A stretch of 63,215 nucleotides of DNA, filler included, from Basidiobolus ranarum (Eukaryota), in assembly GCA_040143965.1 (NCBI GenBank). It is 44 parts of 44 records of this genome, joined end to end, with 100 filler letters (N's around TTAATTAATTAA, not from the genome) between each part and the next. Parts side by side here need not be neighbours in the genome. Positions count along the whole stretch, not along the records: positions 48,973 to 50,308 come from JASJQH010005495.1; positions 50,409 to 51,743 come from JASJQH010005496.1; positions 51,844 to 53,178 come from JASJQH010005497.1; positions 53,279 to 54,613 come from JASJQH010005498.1; positions 54,714 to 56,047 come from JASJQH010005499.1; positions 56,148 to 57,481 come from JASJQH010005500.1; positions 57,582 to 58,915 come from JASJQH010005501.1; positions 59,016 to 60,349 come from JASJQH010005502.1; 36 more parts are not named here. The stretch is one strand, 5' to 3'. A model generated the notes under the pieces. The model searched no databases and was not told where the DNA came from. It saw nothing but the letters and a program-made list of their open reading frames with translations. The position numbers and the translations under genes were made by a program. Positions 49,189-61,035 of the stretch are shown in pieces; positions within the stretch are counted from its first letter, which is position 1; the number at the start of each line of letters is the position of its first letter.

Positions 49189-50308
49189 TGATATGTCAAA
49201 GTACTATACATTAACAGACTAGGTTAAGGCTCCCCAGCAATATAGGCATAGTATTGAGGCTGGTTCCTGAGGTGAGTGCAATTTTGGGACTTGATTCACT
49301 GATAAATTGACTGATTAATTTTATTTTGATGGTGCTATTTTTATAGGGTTGATCAAGAGAAAATCAAGTGGCATTCCTGCCGGATTTGGGAGTGTGCTAA
49401 TTTTGAAACATGTATATAACACTGACAGCCTGTTTCCAATGTCTTGTAACTTTTGTCTCCGCAGTCTGTTTGTTTTAAATTTTAACCTAAGGTAGAATAA
49501 TAGTAGGGAATGATTTCCCCATAAAGTTTAGTAATGATTTGTCCAGTAGTTCTGGAGATATTTGCATTTCTTTGCTTGCTTTGGTGATTGCAAGACATGT
49601 GGGAAAGGTGTTGATATAAAACTGGGTGACAATGAAGGTTTGCTTATGCATTTTATGTGTACAAACTATTGTGTTGATTGAAGCATTATGTTGTCTCCAA
49701 AATTGCCATTGCTTTTGTCTGATAATCCAATTTTGTAATGTATCTGCACACTTAGATCAAATCTTCTCCTGAAGAAAAAATGTTTTTATTCCACCAGTAT
49801 GTGGATATGTCCTGTTCTGCCAGAGGTAACTTAGCTTTGATGAGGTGCTCTCTATGTACTAAAGTTGGTTTGATTGTTCCTTTCCTATCCCTGAGTTGAT
49901 AGGTATTGAAAGGACATTTTTGAACTACTTCAAATGGACCCTTCCACTTGGGTTCAAACTTTAGCTTAGTTTCATTTTTGATGAGTACATATTCACCTTC
50001 TTGGAATTCTGAGTGCTTTATGACTCTATCAAAACAAATTTTCATGCGTTCTGATGCTCCTTTTGACCAAGCTATGGCAGCTGCTCAGTGTTGATTAAGT
50101 TCTTCTAAACCCCCAGCTCTATACTCTGCTAAATCTTCTGGATTCTTAAGATCCCAAAGTTTGGGTCTGATGATGTCTCCAGGGAGTATGGGATGTTGTC
50201 CATACACCAAAAAGAAAGGTGATAGACCTGTTGTAAAGTGGCTTCTAATTCTACAGGCAAAGAGGGCTTGTTGTATAAATTGTTCCCACTTGTGTGTTGC
50301 TCCTTTAC
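49189..50308 (-). mobile_element. Gypsy integrase C-terminus (49752-50308), PPT and probable 3' LTR (49189-49759)
   Basis: ALFACR...TGLSPFFLVYGQHP, FQEGEYVL, KFEPKWKGPFEV; TGAT...ATCA termini, TATAAAA and AATAAA on the minus strand (left boundary inferred). Confidence 0.8.
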
Positions 50309-51843
50309 NNNNNNNNNNNNNNNNNNNNNNNNNNNNNNNNNNNNNNNNNNNNTTAATTAATTAANNNNNNNNNNNNNNNNNNNNNNNNNNNNNNNNNNNN
50401 NNNNNNNNCACTGAGAAGTGTTGAGATCCTGTACTCATTGAGACACCCACTAAACCAAAAGGTTCAGTTAGCTTTATTTATACTTTTTGATAGCAAAGTG
50501 AATTAGTCAGCATCAACATACTAGATGGTTAATTCTGATAAAAGAAAATGTGATTGGATAGATAGATAGATAAGTGAGTCATGCATCAGCTGAAGTCTTG
50601 GCAGTGAAAGATCATTGGTTATGAATCTTGTTACTCATATTGACTTGTGTCTAGACAGATGACTCAGAGTTTAAAACTGATTGGATAATGATCATGTGAC
50701 TGGACATGTGATCTGATAGAAGGGATAAGAGAATAGATAGTCAGTCTTGTGATAGATCACATGATAGAGTCACTGGATAAGATCAGGTGACTAGTTAGCA
50801 ATGATAATAAACTAAACAAATATTCATGCAATTTGTATAGTTATGGCATAAGTTAAACATCTTTTTATGTTGGTGCACAACACTCACTCTGCTTATGCTT
50901 ACTTGGGAAGGAACTAAAGGCACCTTCCTAGCTCTTACCTCTCAGCTTACAGCAACCTATGACTAATTGAAACTCTCAGGTCTAGCTCACTAGGAACTCT
51001 CCACTTTTGGTTCCATCTCTTCTGGAAAACTCTACTCAGGCCCATCCCTTCTGGAATTCTTCACTCTTGGTTCCATCCTATCTGGAATACTCTTAGGCCT
51101 AGCTTACTAGGAAACTTAGCAAAGAGACTACTCCAAGCTTGACAGAATCATCAGCTACTGCCTCAGGCTGCTGATGCCTGACTTGCCTGAGACTCCCTAT
51201 GATCATGCACTGAATGGAACTTTTGGATTCTTCCCATATCATATCAGAGTAGTGCTACTGAGGGCTAGATTTTTACTTCAACTAAATGACTGCAGAACTC
51301 CACTGGTCAAGAAGTGGCTAGCCACACCATCTTTGAATCCACTATCATCCTGGAAACTAATACAAGATGACTATTCTATTTCTGAATTATCCTTACAACT
51401 ACATGATACAAAACAGCCCAAAATTGTTACTATATACTTCCAGCTAGACCTTTGGAGGCAATATCTTGCCACCAAGACACCTTTTTTGATCCCCATTATT
51501 CCAGGTTTTTGTCCTATTGTCCATTTGGTTTGTACTGAGTATCTTCCTCTCTGCTTACCACCTGTGCCCCTTAACACTATATTTACATCCTCAGAACTGG
51601 ATTACAATTGGTCATCAAGTTAAGTATGGATATGATCCAGTTTTGTCACAATATCTTAGAAGATTGATGTTTTGATTGTCACTTTGTTTAGATTAGTATA
51701 TAAGCCAAATAAAGTCCACACCACCTGGTGCTTTTCATCCCCCNNNNNNNNNNNNNNNNNNNNNNNNNNNNNNNNNNNNNNNNNNNNTTAATTAATTAAN
51801 NNNNNNNNNNNNNNNNNNNNNNNNNNNNNNNNNNNNNNNNNNN

Positions 51844-53178
51844 ATTTATCCAACATTCACAGTCCCCAGCAGGGGCCCCAATCTTATTTGTTAAGAAAAA
51901 GGATGGTTTCCTCCGTCTCTTTGTTAATTATCAAGGCCTAAATAGCATTACAGTCAAAAATTGGTACCCCTTGCCATTAATCAACTCACTCTTGGATCAG
52001 CTTGCTTTAGCCAAGGTGTTTACAAAGATTGTTCTAAGAGGTGCTTACAATCTTGTAAGAATCAAACCAGGACACCAATGGAAAACTGCCTTTTGAACTT
52101 GCTACGGACACTTTGAATACAATGTCATGCCATTTGGACTTACCAATGCCCCTGCAGTTGTTAACACATGATGAATGATATCTTCGGAGAGTATCTTGAC
52201 CAATTTATGGTAATCTACCTTAACAATATCTTGGTCTTCTCAAGCTCTCAAGAAGAACATAATATTCATGTTTGCCAAGTCCTAGAAAAGTTGAAAACCT
52301 CTGGGCTCTATGCCAAACTCAAGAAATGTGAATTTGATCAAGCTCAAGTTGAATTCCTTGGCTATAACATCAGCCCATCAGGCATCTCCATAGACCCTAA
52401 GAAGGCAGAATCTGTTCTGACTTGGGATACTCTCAAGAATGAGAAGGATGTCCAATATTTACTTGGATTTGCAAACTTTTACTGATGGTTTGTCAATAAC
52501 TACTCCAAAATATCTGCTCCATTAACAAACCTTACAAAAAAAGAACTCCCATTCAACTGGAACCCATCTTGCCAACAAGCATTTGTAACTTTAAAGAGTG
52601 CTTTTACCTTTGCACCAATCCAGGCACATCCCAAGCTAGACAAGCCATTTATTGTTGAAACGGATGCATCCATCTTTGCTCTAGGAATAATACTATCACA
52701 GTTTGATGATGACAACTTACTGCACCCTGTTGCCTTTTACTCAAGAAAGTTCTCTGCTGCAGAAATCAACTATGATATCTATGACAAGGAACTATTAGCA
52801 ATTATTGCTGCATTTGAACAATGGCAAAAATACTTGGATGGAGCAAATCACAAAATCACAGTTTATTGTGATCACAAGAATCTTCAGTATTTTAGTACAA
52901 CTAAAGTTCTCAACCATTGTCAAGCAAGAGGTTCATTATTTCTTGCCAGTTTTGATTTTGTGATTACATATTAACCAGGTAGCCAGCAGGGAAAACCTGA
53001 TGCCTTATCACATAGAGCAGAATATCAGCCTAAAGATGTAGATGAGGCTTTTGGCCAACAAAATACTTCCTTACTGAAGCCCCACCAACTTCAAATTAGT
53101 AAAACTGCCCTTTCTCTGCCTAGTTCAAGCACATTCCATGAAGACATCTGCAAACTTCAATCTGAAGACCCATTGGTA
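51844..53178 (+). mobile_element. Gypsy RT and RNase H, decayed
   Basis: [38 protein letters not shown] (decayed YLDD), VETDAS, NYDIYDKELLAII, DHKNLQYF. Confidence 0.95.
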
Positions 53179-53278
53179 NNNNNNNNNNNNNNNNNNNNNN
53201 NNNNNNNNNNNNNNNNNNNNNNTTAATTAATTAANNNNNNNNNNNNNNNNNNNNNNNNNNNNNNNNNNNNNNNNNNNN

Positions 53279-53602
53279 GGTATGAAGAGCTTGATAGAAA
53301 TAATCAGGAGAATATATTAAAGAGACTAGGGATTTCAAAGGTGACAAATTAGCATTCAAATGGTAATTGTGTAAAATTTGAGTTATGTTTTTTCACATGT
53401 GTTGATCCATAGTTCTCTGAGATTGCAGCTAGTCATGTGCAACTACTTTGCAAGTTCATAACTTTCACTCCTGAAACTGAAATAAATGATTAAAATCAAA
53501 TATAAGTTGACCATTTTATGATGGTAAGTAAATGGGCAATCCCTAATGGATTAAAATTATGATGGTTTTCCTACAATAACAATCCTCAGATTTCTGTTAG
53601 GG
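53279..53602 (-). mobile_element. CACTA-like left end
   Basis: Ends TTTCTGTTAGGG; followed by a diverged LTR-B remnant at 53603-53826. Confidence 0.8.
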
Positions 53603-54166
53603 AACATGTGGATTGGACTAAGAAAGGTCACAAGAACATGTGTGCAAAGTTCAGCACTTCTAGCATAGGTTTGAAAAATACATATATTTGAGAACTTTTG
53701 AGTTGTTAAAATATTTTGTGAATATTCATGTTGAGAAAAATGGTTAATATCTTAGTGAAATGTGAGAATACTACACACTAAGCTATTTATGACTATGTGG
53801 GTCTTTAGGCAATGCTATTTTGAACAGTAAACACATAAGTGAAAACTGCCAATCTCCCAAATTCTCCAAATTACTTTCTACAGGCTTCCAAAATACTTCA
53901 AAAGAATTGATTATGTCAAAACATTTGCTTCTATGGAAAAGCTTAAATCAATAAGATTGATTTTAGCAATTTTGGCTAAATACCAGTTTATTGAACCTCA
54001 AATGGGTGTTAAAGCATGATTTTTGAGTGCTGAGCTTGCTGAGGATATCTATATGGAACAGCTGAATGAGTTGGAGGCTAAGTAAACCCCAAAAAATTTG
54101 CAGAGCAAAAAAACACAAGATAAAGACTTTTTTCAATTACTTTATTCCCAAGGGTAAAGCAGGCTG

Positions 54167-54613
54167 CCCTAACAGCAATTTGAGAATTGTTATTATAGGA
54201 AAACCATCACAATTTTAATCCATTTGGGATTGACCATTCACTTATCATCATAAAACCATCAAGTTAGATTTGATTTTAATCATTTATTTCAGTTTCAGGA
54301 GTAAAATTTCAAGATCTTGCAAAATAGTTGCGCATGATTGGCTAAAATCTCAGAGAACTATGGATCAACACATGTGCAAAACATATAACTCAAATTTCAC
54401 ACAATTGCAACTCAAATGCTAATTTTGTTACCTTTGAAATCCCTAGTCTCTTTGATATATTCTCCTGAATATTTTTATGGAGTTCTTTATACCCAGGGTT
54501 TTGCTCATACCCAACACAAGTTTGTGTCAATATCTCCATCAAAGCCCACCATTGTATTAATATTGCTGAATCAACATTCTTCCAGCTATCTGGCAGATAT
54601 CCTGCAATATTGT
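54167..54613 (+). mobile_element. CACTA-like left end, inverted relative to the copy at 53602
   Basis: CCCTAACAGCAATT start; colinear with 9630-10009. Confidence 0.8.
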
Positions 54614-54713
54614 NNNNNNNNNNNNNNNNNNNNNNNNNNNNNNNNNNNNNNNNNNNNTTAATTAATTAANNNNNNNNNNNNNNNNNNNNNNNNNNNNNNN
54701 NNNNNNNNNNNNN

Positions 54714-56047
54714 AAACACCTTGGCTGAAGCAAGCTGATCCAAGAGTGAGTTGATTAATGGCAAGGGGTACCAATTTTTGACTGTAATGCTATTTAGGCC
54801 TTGATAATCAACATAGAGATGGAGGGATCCATCCTTTTTCTTAACAAATAAAGATTGGAGAGCCTGCTGGGGATTTTGAATCTCAGATAAATCCTTTATC
54901 CAGATTTTCTGCAATGTAGTGTTTCAGAATATTTAGTTCTGGCTGGGTCAGCCCCTATATAGGCCTGAATGGTGGTTGTTTTCCTTCTTGTAGATCTATA
55001 GGGCAATTATATGGGTGGTGAGCTGTGAGTATATCAAATTTTTTTTGTCAAAGACATCAGCAAAGGCTTGGTATTTGGGTGGGAGCTTATGAACAATAGG
55101 TTTTGTTGGTTTCTACTCATCAGCAAAAATATCAGCAAATATTGTGTTCATAGATGTTTTTAGGAGTTGAGCTGGTGATGAGGTGGATACTTTGCAGGTT
55201 GGCAAATATGGACTAGGCAGTTGAGTTTGCTTGAATGACATAATCTTCTCCTTCCAATTGATTACTAGGTTGTGCTGCATCAGCCATGAGATACCAAGGA
55301 TGCCTGGGTGGTGAGGTGAAGAAATGATATTAAAGGCTATTTCTTCTTGATGAGCAGTGGACTTGAGTGTCATAAAGGTTGTCACATGTGTCACAGCACC
55401 TGATGATAGCAGCCTTCCATCAATTACTTCTATGAGGACTGGTCTAGATTTCTTAATTATTGGCATATAGTGGGATTTCACAAAGGTATAGTCAATAAAA
55501 CAGGAGGAAGCACCTGAATCAAGAAGTGCAGTTGTTTTTAATGACCAGGAATTTGGAAGCAGGAGTGTAATGGGCAGCTTTAATGATTTGTATGACTGCA
55601 GAGATTGTGATGTATGGTAAGGATACATTTTTGAAGATGGTTTGCCCAACTGCATGCCCATTATTGCAGCTGGGTGTTGAAGTTTTCCAAGGGATGGGAA
55701 GAGTTCTCTTGTACTTGCATATTGTTGATCTTAAATCCATGATTCTTCTTTGAACAGGTTCTTGCTACATGTCCAGGAGCTCCACAATAGAGGCATAGAT
55801 TCTCTTGTTGGCGTCAATATTTCTCCTCAGGGCTAAGCTTTCTGAAGCAAGTTCCATCAATTTGCATTGGGTCATCTGCTTGAGCTGTATTTTGTGTTTG
55901 ATGGAAGGGAGGTCTGAAAGTAGATGATGAAGGAGAGAAGAAAGGAACCATATTTCTTTGTTGTTGTCTTTCAAACAACCGGTTGTCACATTTGACTGCC
56001 TGGTGGATAGCATCAGTCAAGGTCACTGGGTCAGCCATAGTGAGTAA
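54714..56047 (-). mobile_element. Gypsy gag end, protease and RT start (same family as 36038-37375)
   Basis: [34 protein letters not shown]. Confidence 0.95.
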
Positions 56048-56147
56048 NNNNNNNNNNNNNNNNNNNNNNNNNNNNNNNNNNNNNNNNNNNNTTAATTAAT
56101 TAANNNNNNNNNNNNNNNNNNNNNNNNNNNNNNNNNNNNNNNNNNNN

Positions 56148-57481
56148 TCTTTGTTATTGGCTAACATTAGTCCACTAATAACACTTACTGTAAAGGAAGC
56201 AGCTTTGATTATTGAGCAGTGGAGAGTCCCATCCAATCTTAGCAACCAAGTGCTTATTGTTTTCTTACACTTTTACCACAGTTGATTGGCAACTGTTGCT
56301 TGCCACAGACCTGGTACAAGTGGAAAATACTTGACAACTGTATGACTTATAATCCTTCAGTAATCAAACTACCGTCATGTCCAAATGGTTGTTTGGCTTT
56401 CACCAGTGATCTGAAAAACTAGAAGTCATGTACTGTTTGCATACAATTGGCAATCACTGAATCAGGTAAATATTGCTCATATTTGGATCACATACCACTG
56501 ATTCCCTGTCTTAAAGTTATGATGAAATCACCCATATATAGATCATTGATCCAATACCAAAGTACTTACCATAAAGCTGATTGTATTACCAATATACTCA
56601 ATGGATATCATTCCCAGAATCTGGAAAGTGACGGTGTCTTTGGGAACACCTATGATCATGCATTTACATTGGCTCTGGATGGTTTCTCACTAAACGCATA
56701 TACCGTTGGAAAGGCTTGCTGGCCAATAATTTTAATCAACTTTAATCTACCTCTTTCTGAATGGTAGAAGAGTCATAATATTTTGATACTATCCATCATA
56801 TCTGGACCTAAATCACCAGTGCTTGTAGATAGCTTCTTGAAGCTTTTGATTGCAGAATTTGAATGGTTGTCTAATGGGGTTCAGATGGGTGAATATTTTT
56901 TTAAGCTAATATCATTGTATGTATTGGTGACACTCCTGCAATCAGTAACTTTGGAGATTTTTGTGGGCTCAATGCTCTATATTGCTTTAGATTTTGTCAA
57001 ATCAATGGAGCTACGCTAACAGGCATAGGCATTATTACAATCCAAATACAACACTAAACTCCATGATTTTACCATCAAGGGCCCGGTCAGATTTCAATAT
57101 AATCATTGATATCAATTTACCAAATAGTCAGTCTAGCATCAAGCTTGGTATTAGCCATAAGCCTAAGATTATATTGCTAAAGGGGATCAGCTGGAGCCAG
57201 AGCTTCCCATTAGGCACTATGCACTTGCTATTCAACAACATTCCAATACTTCTTATTCAGCTATATAGTGGAAAATTCAATATGAATGAGCCATTTGAGA
57301 TAGGATGAAATTTTAAATCAATTGGCAAAATGCTGGAAAACATCAAGATACCATCATATTTTACCAGGACTCCCATCAATATCCACTCATCTAGATGTTT
57401 ATTCAAATGCAAAGACTGGAAGTATTGGATTTGTATATATTCAAGTGGAATTTTGAAAAGATTTCTGCCTGATAAGTATTG
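56148..57481 (+). mobile_element. CACTA-like transposase core, decayed
   Basis: CPNGC, LALDGF, GPKSP, MHLLFNNIP, FKCKDWKYW. Confidence 0.9.
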
Positions 57482-57581
57482 NNNNNNNNNNNNNNNNNNN
57501 NNNNNNNNNNNNNNNNNNNNNNNNNTTAATTAATTAANNNNNNNNNNNNNNNNNNNNNNNNNNNNNNNNNNNNNNNNNNNN

Positions 57582-58260
57582 AGTGCTAAATTCTGAAGTT
57601 TATGCAACACCTGACACCTCTCAACAAGCCAAAACACCGGTAAATAAAGCTCACAGCTCTCCAACCTCAACTGGTACTTTTCAAAGTGTTGAAATTTGCC
57701 CCAAACTTAATGGCAAGCAAAAAGCCACACAAACACCACACAGCACCCTCAGTAGTGTCATATTACAAGGATGTACAAAAATAGTGAAAGTGCTCAAGGA
57801 GTATTTTCAGCAGTAGGAAGGGAAAAGCACAGTGCAAGTGTGCTGAAAGTGGCTTCAGAAGAAGAACATTCAACTTGCCATTCAGTCTGGTGTGACCATG
57901 CAGATATCTGAGAAGAACTAAATACAGAGTGGCACAATATTGCAGGATATTGGCCAGATAGCTGGAAGACTGTTGATTCAGCAATGTTAATACAATGGTA
58001 GGCTTTGATGGAGATATTGATACAAACTTGTGTTGGGTATGAGCAAAACCTTGGGTATGAAGAACTCTATAAAAATATTCAGGAAAATCTATCAAGGAGA
58101 CTAGGGATTTCAAAGGTGACAAATTTGCATTGAAGTCATAATTGTGTAAAATTTGAGTTATGTTTCCACACATGTGTTGATCCATAGTTCTCTGAGATTG
58201 TAGTCAATTATGTGCAACTATTTTGCAAGATATTGAAATTTCACTCTTGAAACTGATAAA
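57582..58260 (+). mobile_element. CACTA-like left arm (decayed frame running toward the left TIR, probably the ORF2 C-terminus)
   Basis: Reverse complement of 54285-54613, extending further inward; a transposase fragment follows at about 58436-58915. Confidence 0.65.
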
Positions 58261-59015
58261 ATCCATTCCTGTTAAAACTGATTTCATTTTGGTTAGGAAT
58301 TTTCTTAAAGAGAATATCATTGTATGTTTTGGTGACACTCTTGCCATCAGTAAGCATTGAGGTTTTATGGGCACAATGCAGTATCTTGCTGTAGATTGTG
58401 TCAAATCAAATGAGTCAACTCTATTAGCTATCTGCATTACTACTATCCAAATACAAAACTAAACACCATGATTTTACTGTCAAGAGACTGGTTAGATTTC
58501 AACATGACACTGATTTCAATTCACCAAATGTTCAGTCTAACATCCAACTTGGGATTAGCTGCAAGCCTAAGATTATATTACTAAAGGGGATCAGCTGGAG
58601 TCAGAGCTTCCCATTAGGCACTCTGCACTTCCTATTCAACAACATTCCAATACTACCTACTCATCTATGTGATGGAAAATTTAATATGAAAGAGCCATTG
58701 AAGATAGGATCAAAGTTTGAAATGATTTGGAAAGTACTTGAAAATGTCTAGATACCATCTTATTTTACCTGGACTCCCATCAATATCCACTCATCTAGGT
58801 ATATCTTCAAATGCCAAGCCTGGCAGCATAGGATTTGTATATATTCAAGTGACATCTTGAATAGATATCTGCCTGAGCAGTATTGACAACTTTAGGAGTT
58901 GTTTGTGGTTATTGTNNNNNNNNNNNNNNNNNNNNNNNNNNNNNNNNNNNNNNNNNNNNTTAATTAATTAANNNNNNNNNNNNNNNNNNNNNNNNNNNNN
59001 NNNNNNNNNNNNNNN

Positions 59016-59175
59016 CAAAGATATCCATTGAGAGCTCTAGACTTAAGACACCATGAATAAAGCTTTCATCATCTTTTGAATGTGCAAATGCACTTTTTCT
59101 AAATACACCACTTAAGTACAACTAAAATTTCTGAAATGGTAAACAACATTGTGCCAAATAGTGTCTAATCATGCA
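59016..59175 (+). mobile_element. PHIS transposase stop and 3' region
   Basis: Matches 16428-16598. Confidence 0.85.
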
Positions 59176-59324
59176 CAAGTTACATCTTGAATTTCAATTC
59201 ATGGAAATCTTCCCCATTGAATGTTGAAATAGGGCTTTGAGATGCTGTTATAGGAGAAGAAAACAATGGAAAACTATCTGAAACCCAGGCTTTACTTCAG
59301 GTTAAAAAAGAATAAAGTGCCTTT

Positions 59325-60349
59325 TGTTGAAATTAGCTTTGCCTAAACACCTATATAGTCATATATAGCTTAGTACTTAGCTATCTTATAATTTACTAAG
59401 ATATCATCAATTATTCTCAATTGGAATTTTCTAAAAATATTTTTACCAACTCAGAAGTTCTCAGATATATATATTTTTCAAACTTGTGCTAGAAGCTACA
59501 AACTTTGCACACATGTTCCTGGTACCTTCCTTAATATATTCAACATGTTTGTTTGTTTACATCTTGACAAAACTATAAATATCAACTTTCTACTCAATAA
59601 ATCAACAAGTGAAAACCACCAATTCCTCTAATTCTCCAAACCACTTCCAACAGGCTCCCAAATACTCTAACAGGTTATGAGCCCCAAGCTTGCACTCTCT
59701 GTAATGTTTAATTCTCAAATCTATGGAACTTTTCCCTCTTCTGAAAAATTGGATGGAACTAATTATTGAGTTTGGAAAATTAAAATGAAAGTGCTGCTGC
59801 AAGTAAAAGAACTTTGGGACACTGTTGTAGGAGAAGAAAACAATACAGAACTTTCTGCAACCAAAGTTTTACTCCATGTTAAAAAAGAGCAAAGTGCCTT
59901 TATCACAGTTTGACTTAATGTTAAAGACAAACTGTTAATTCAATGTTCAAGAGCTAAAACTGCCAAGAAGGCATGGAAAGCCTTGGAAGACACCTACCAA
60001 ACAAGTTGTGCTGTCAACAAGATGTTTCTAAGAAGACAATTCTTTAACTTAAAGATGAAGCAAGGAGAAGACATTAAATCACTAATTAATAGAGTCACTA
60101 TAGTGGTGGATGAAATAGAATGTATTGGAGTACCTACCACGGATCAAGATATCATAGTTACTGTCCTGAATAGCCTGCCATACAAGTTTCAGAGCCTAGT
60201 AATGGCTCTAGAATCAAGAACTGAAAATTGACCTTAAATTATCTATATGGCAGACTTCTGGATGAAGACTTACACAAATCAGGACTCAACAAAAAGGATG
60301 AAGAAAATGCTTTAATATGCTATGGGAAACCTTCCTATAAAGGTCAAAA
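59325..60349 (+). mobile_element. Copia 5' end: LTR-B (59325-59672), half-tRNA-iMet PBS (59673-59684) and decayed gag, inserted into a related gag
   Basis: TGTTGAAA...CTAACA then GGTTATGAGCCC; EKLDGTNY.VWK.KM..LLQVKELW. Confidence 0.92.
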
Positions 60350-60449
60350 NNNNNNNNNNNNNNNNNNNNNNNNNNNNNNNNNNNNNNNNNNNNTTAATTA
60401 ATTAANNNNNNNNNNNNNNNNNNNNNNNNNNNNNNNNNNNNNNNNNNNN

Positions 60450-61035
60450 CCATTGATTTTAGAACGGCTTTGACTCTATCATCAGCTGGACCGTACGGTG
60501 GACGAATGAATGCAGTTCGGACACCAGTGATGTTAAAGATGGCTTCTTCAGTGGATTTCACCTCAGCAATAATTTGCTCGTTACTCAAAGACATCAAACG
60601 AGGATGAGACCAGGTATGACTAGCGATTTGATGACCGGCTTCATAAGCTCGTTTGACTACAGCAGGGTATTTAATGACATTTGAACCTAACATAAGGAAA
60701 GTGGCTTTTACATTGGAAGCTCCTAGGATATCCAATAGTTCAGCAGTTTTATCAGATGGGCCGTCGTCAAAAGTAAGTGCCCATTTGTTAGCAGTACAAC
60801 CGTAAATGTCTTCATCTCGAGCACAATTTCCGCAAGACTCCCAGCATTTTTCACAATCCTGCGGACCACTAGTAGTTCCAGGACTAGTGCCAGTGCTTTC
60901 TAGTTTAGGCGAGATATTCGGAACGTTCGACAAGTCTACGGCTTTGACCCATTCTGGTTTAATCTCAGGAGGAGGAACTTGAGCAAGAGCTATAGCGAAG
61001 AAAGCAGCTAAAAGTGAGTATGTTTGGAGTCCCAT
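60450..61035 (-). CDS. Secreted chitin deacetylase (CE4/NodB polysaccharide deacetylase), 3'-truncated
   Basis: Signal peptide MGLQTYSLLAAFFAIALAQ; WALTFDDGP, ATF, HQIASHTWSH, RPPYG motifs; TATAAA about 45 bp upstream. Confidence 0.95.
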
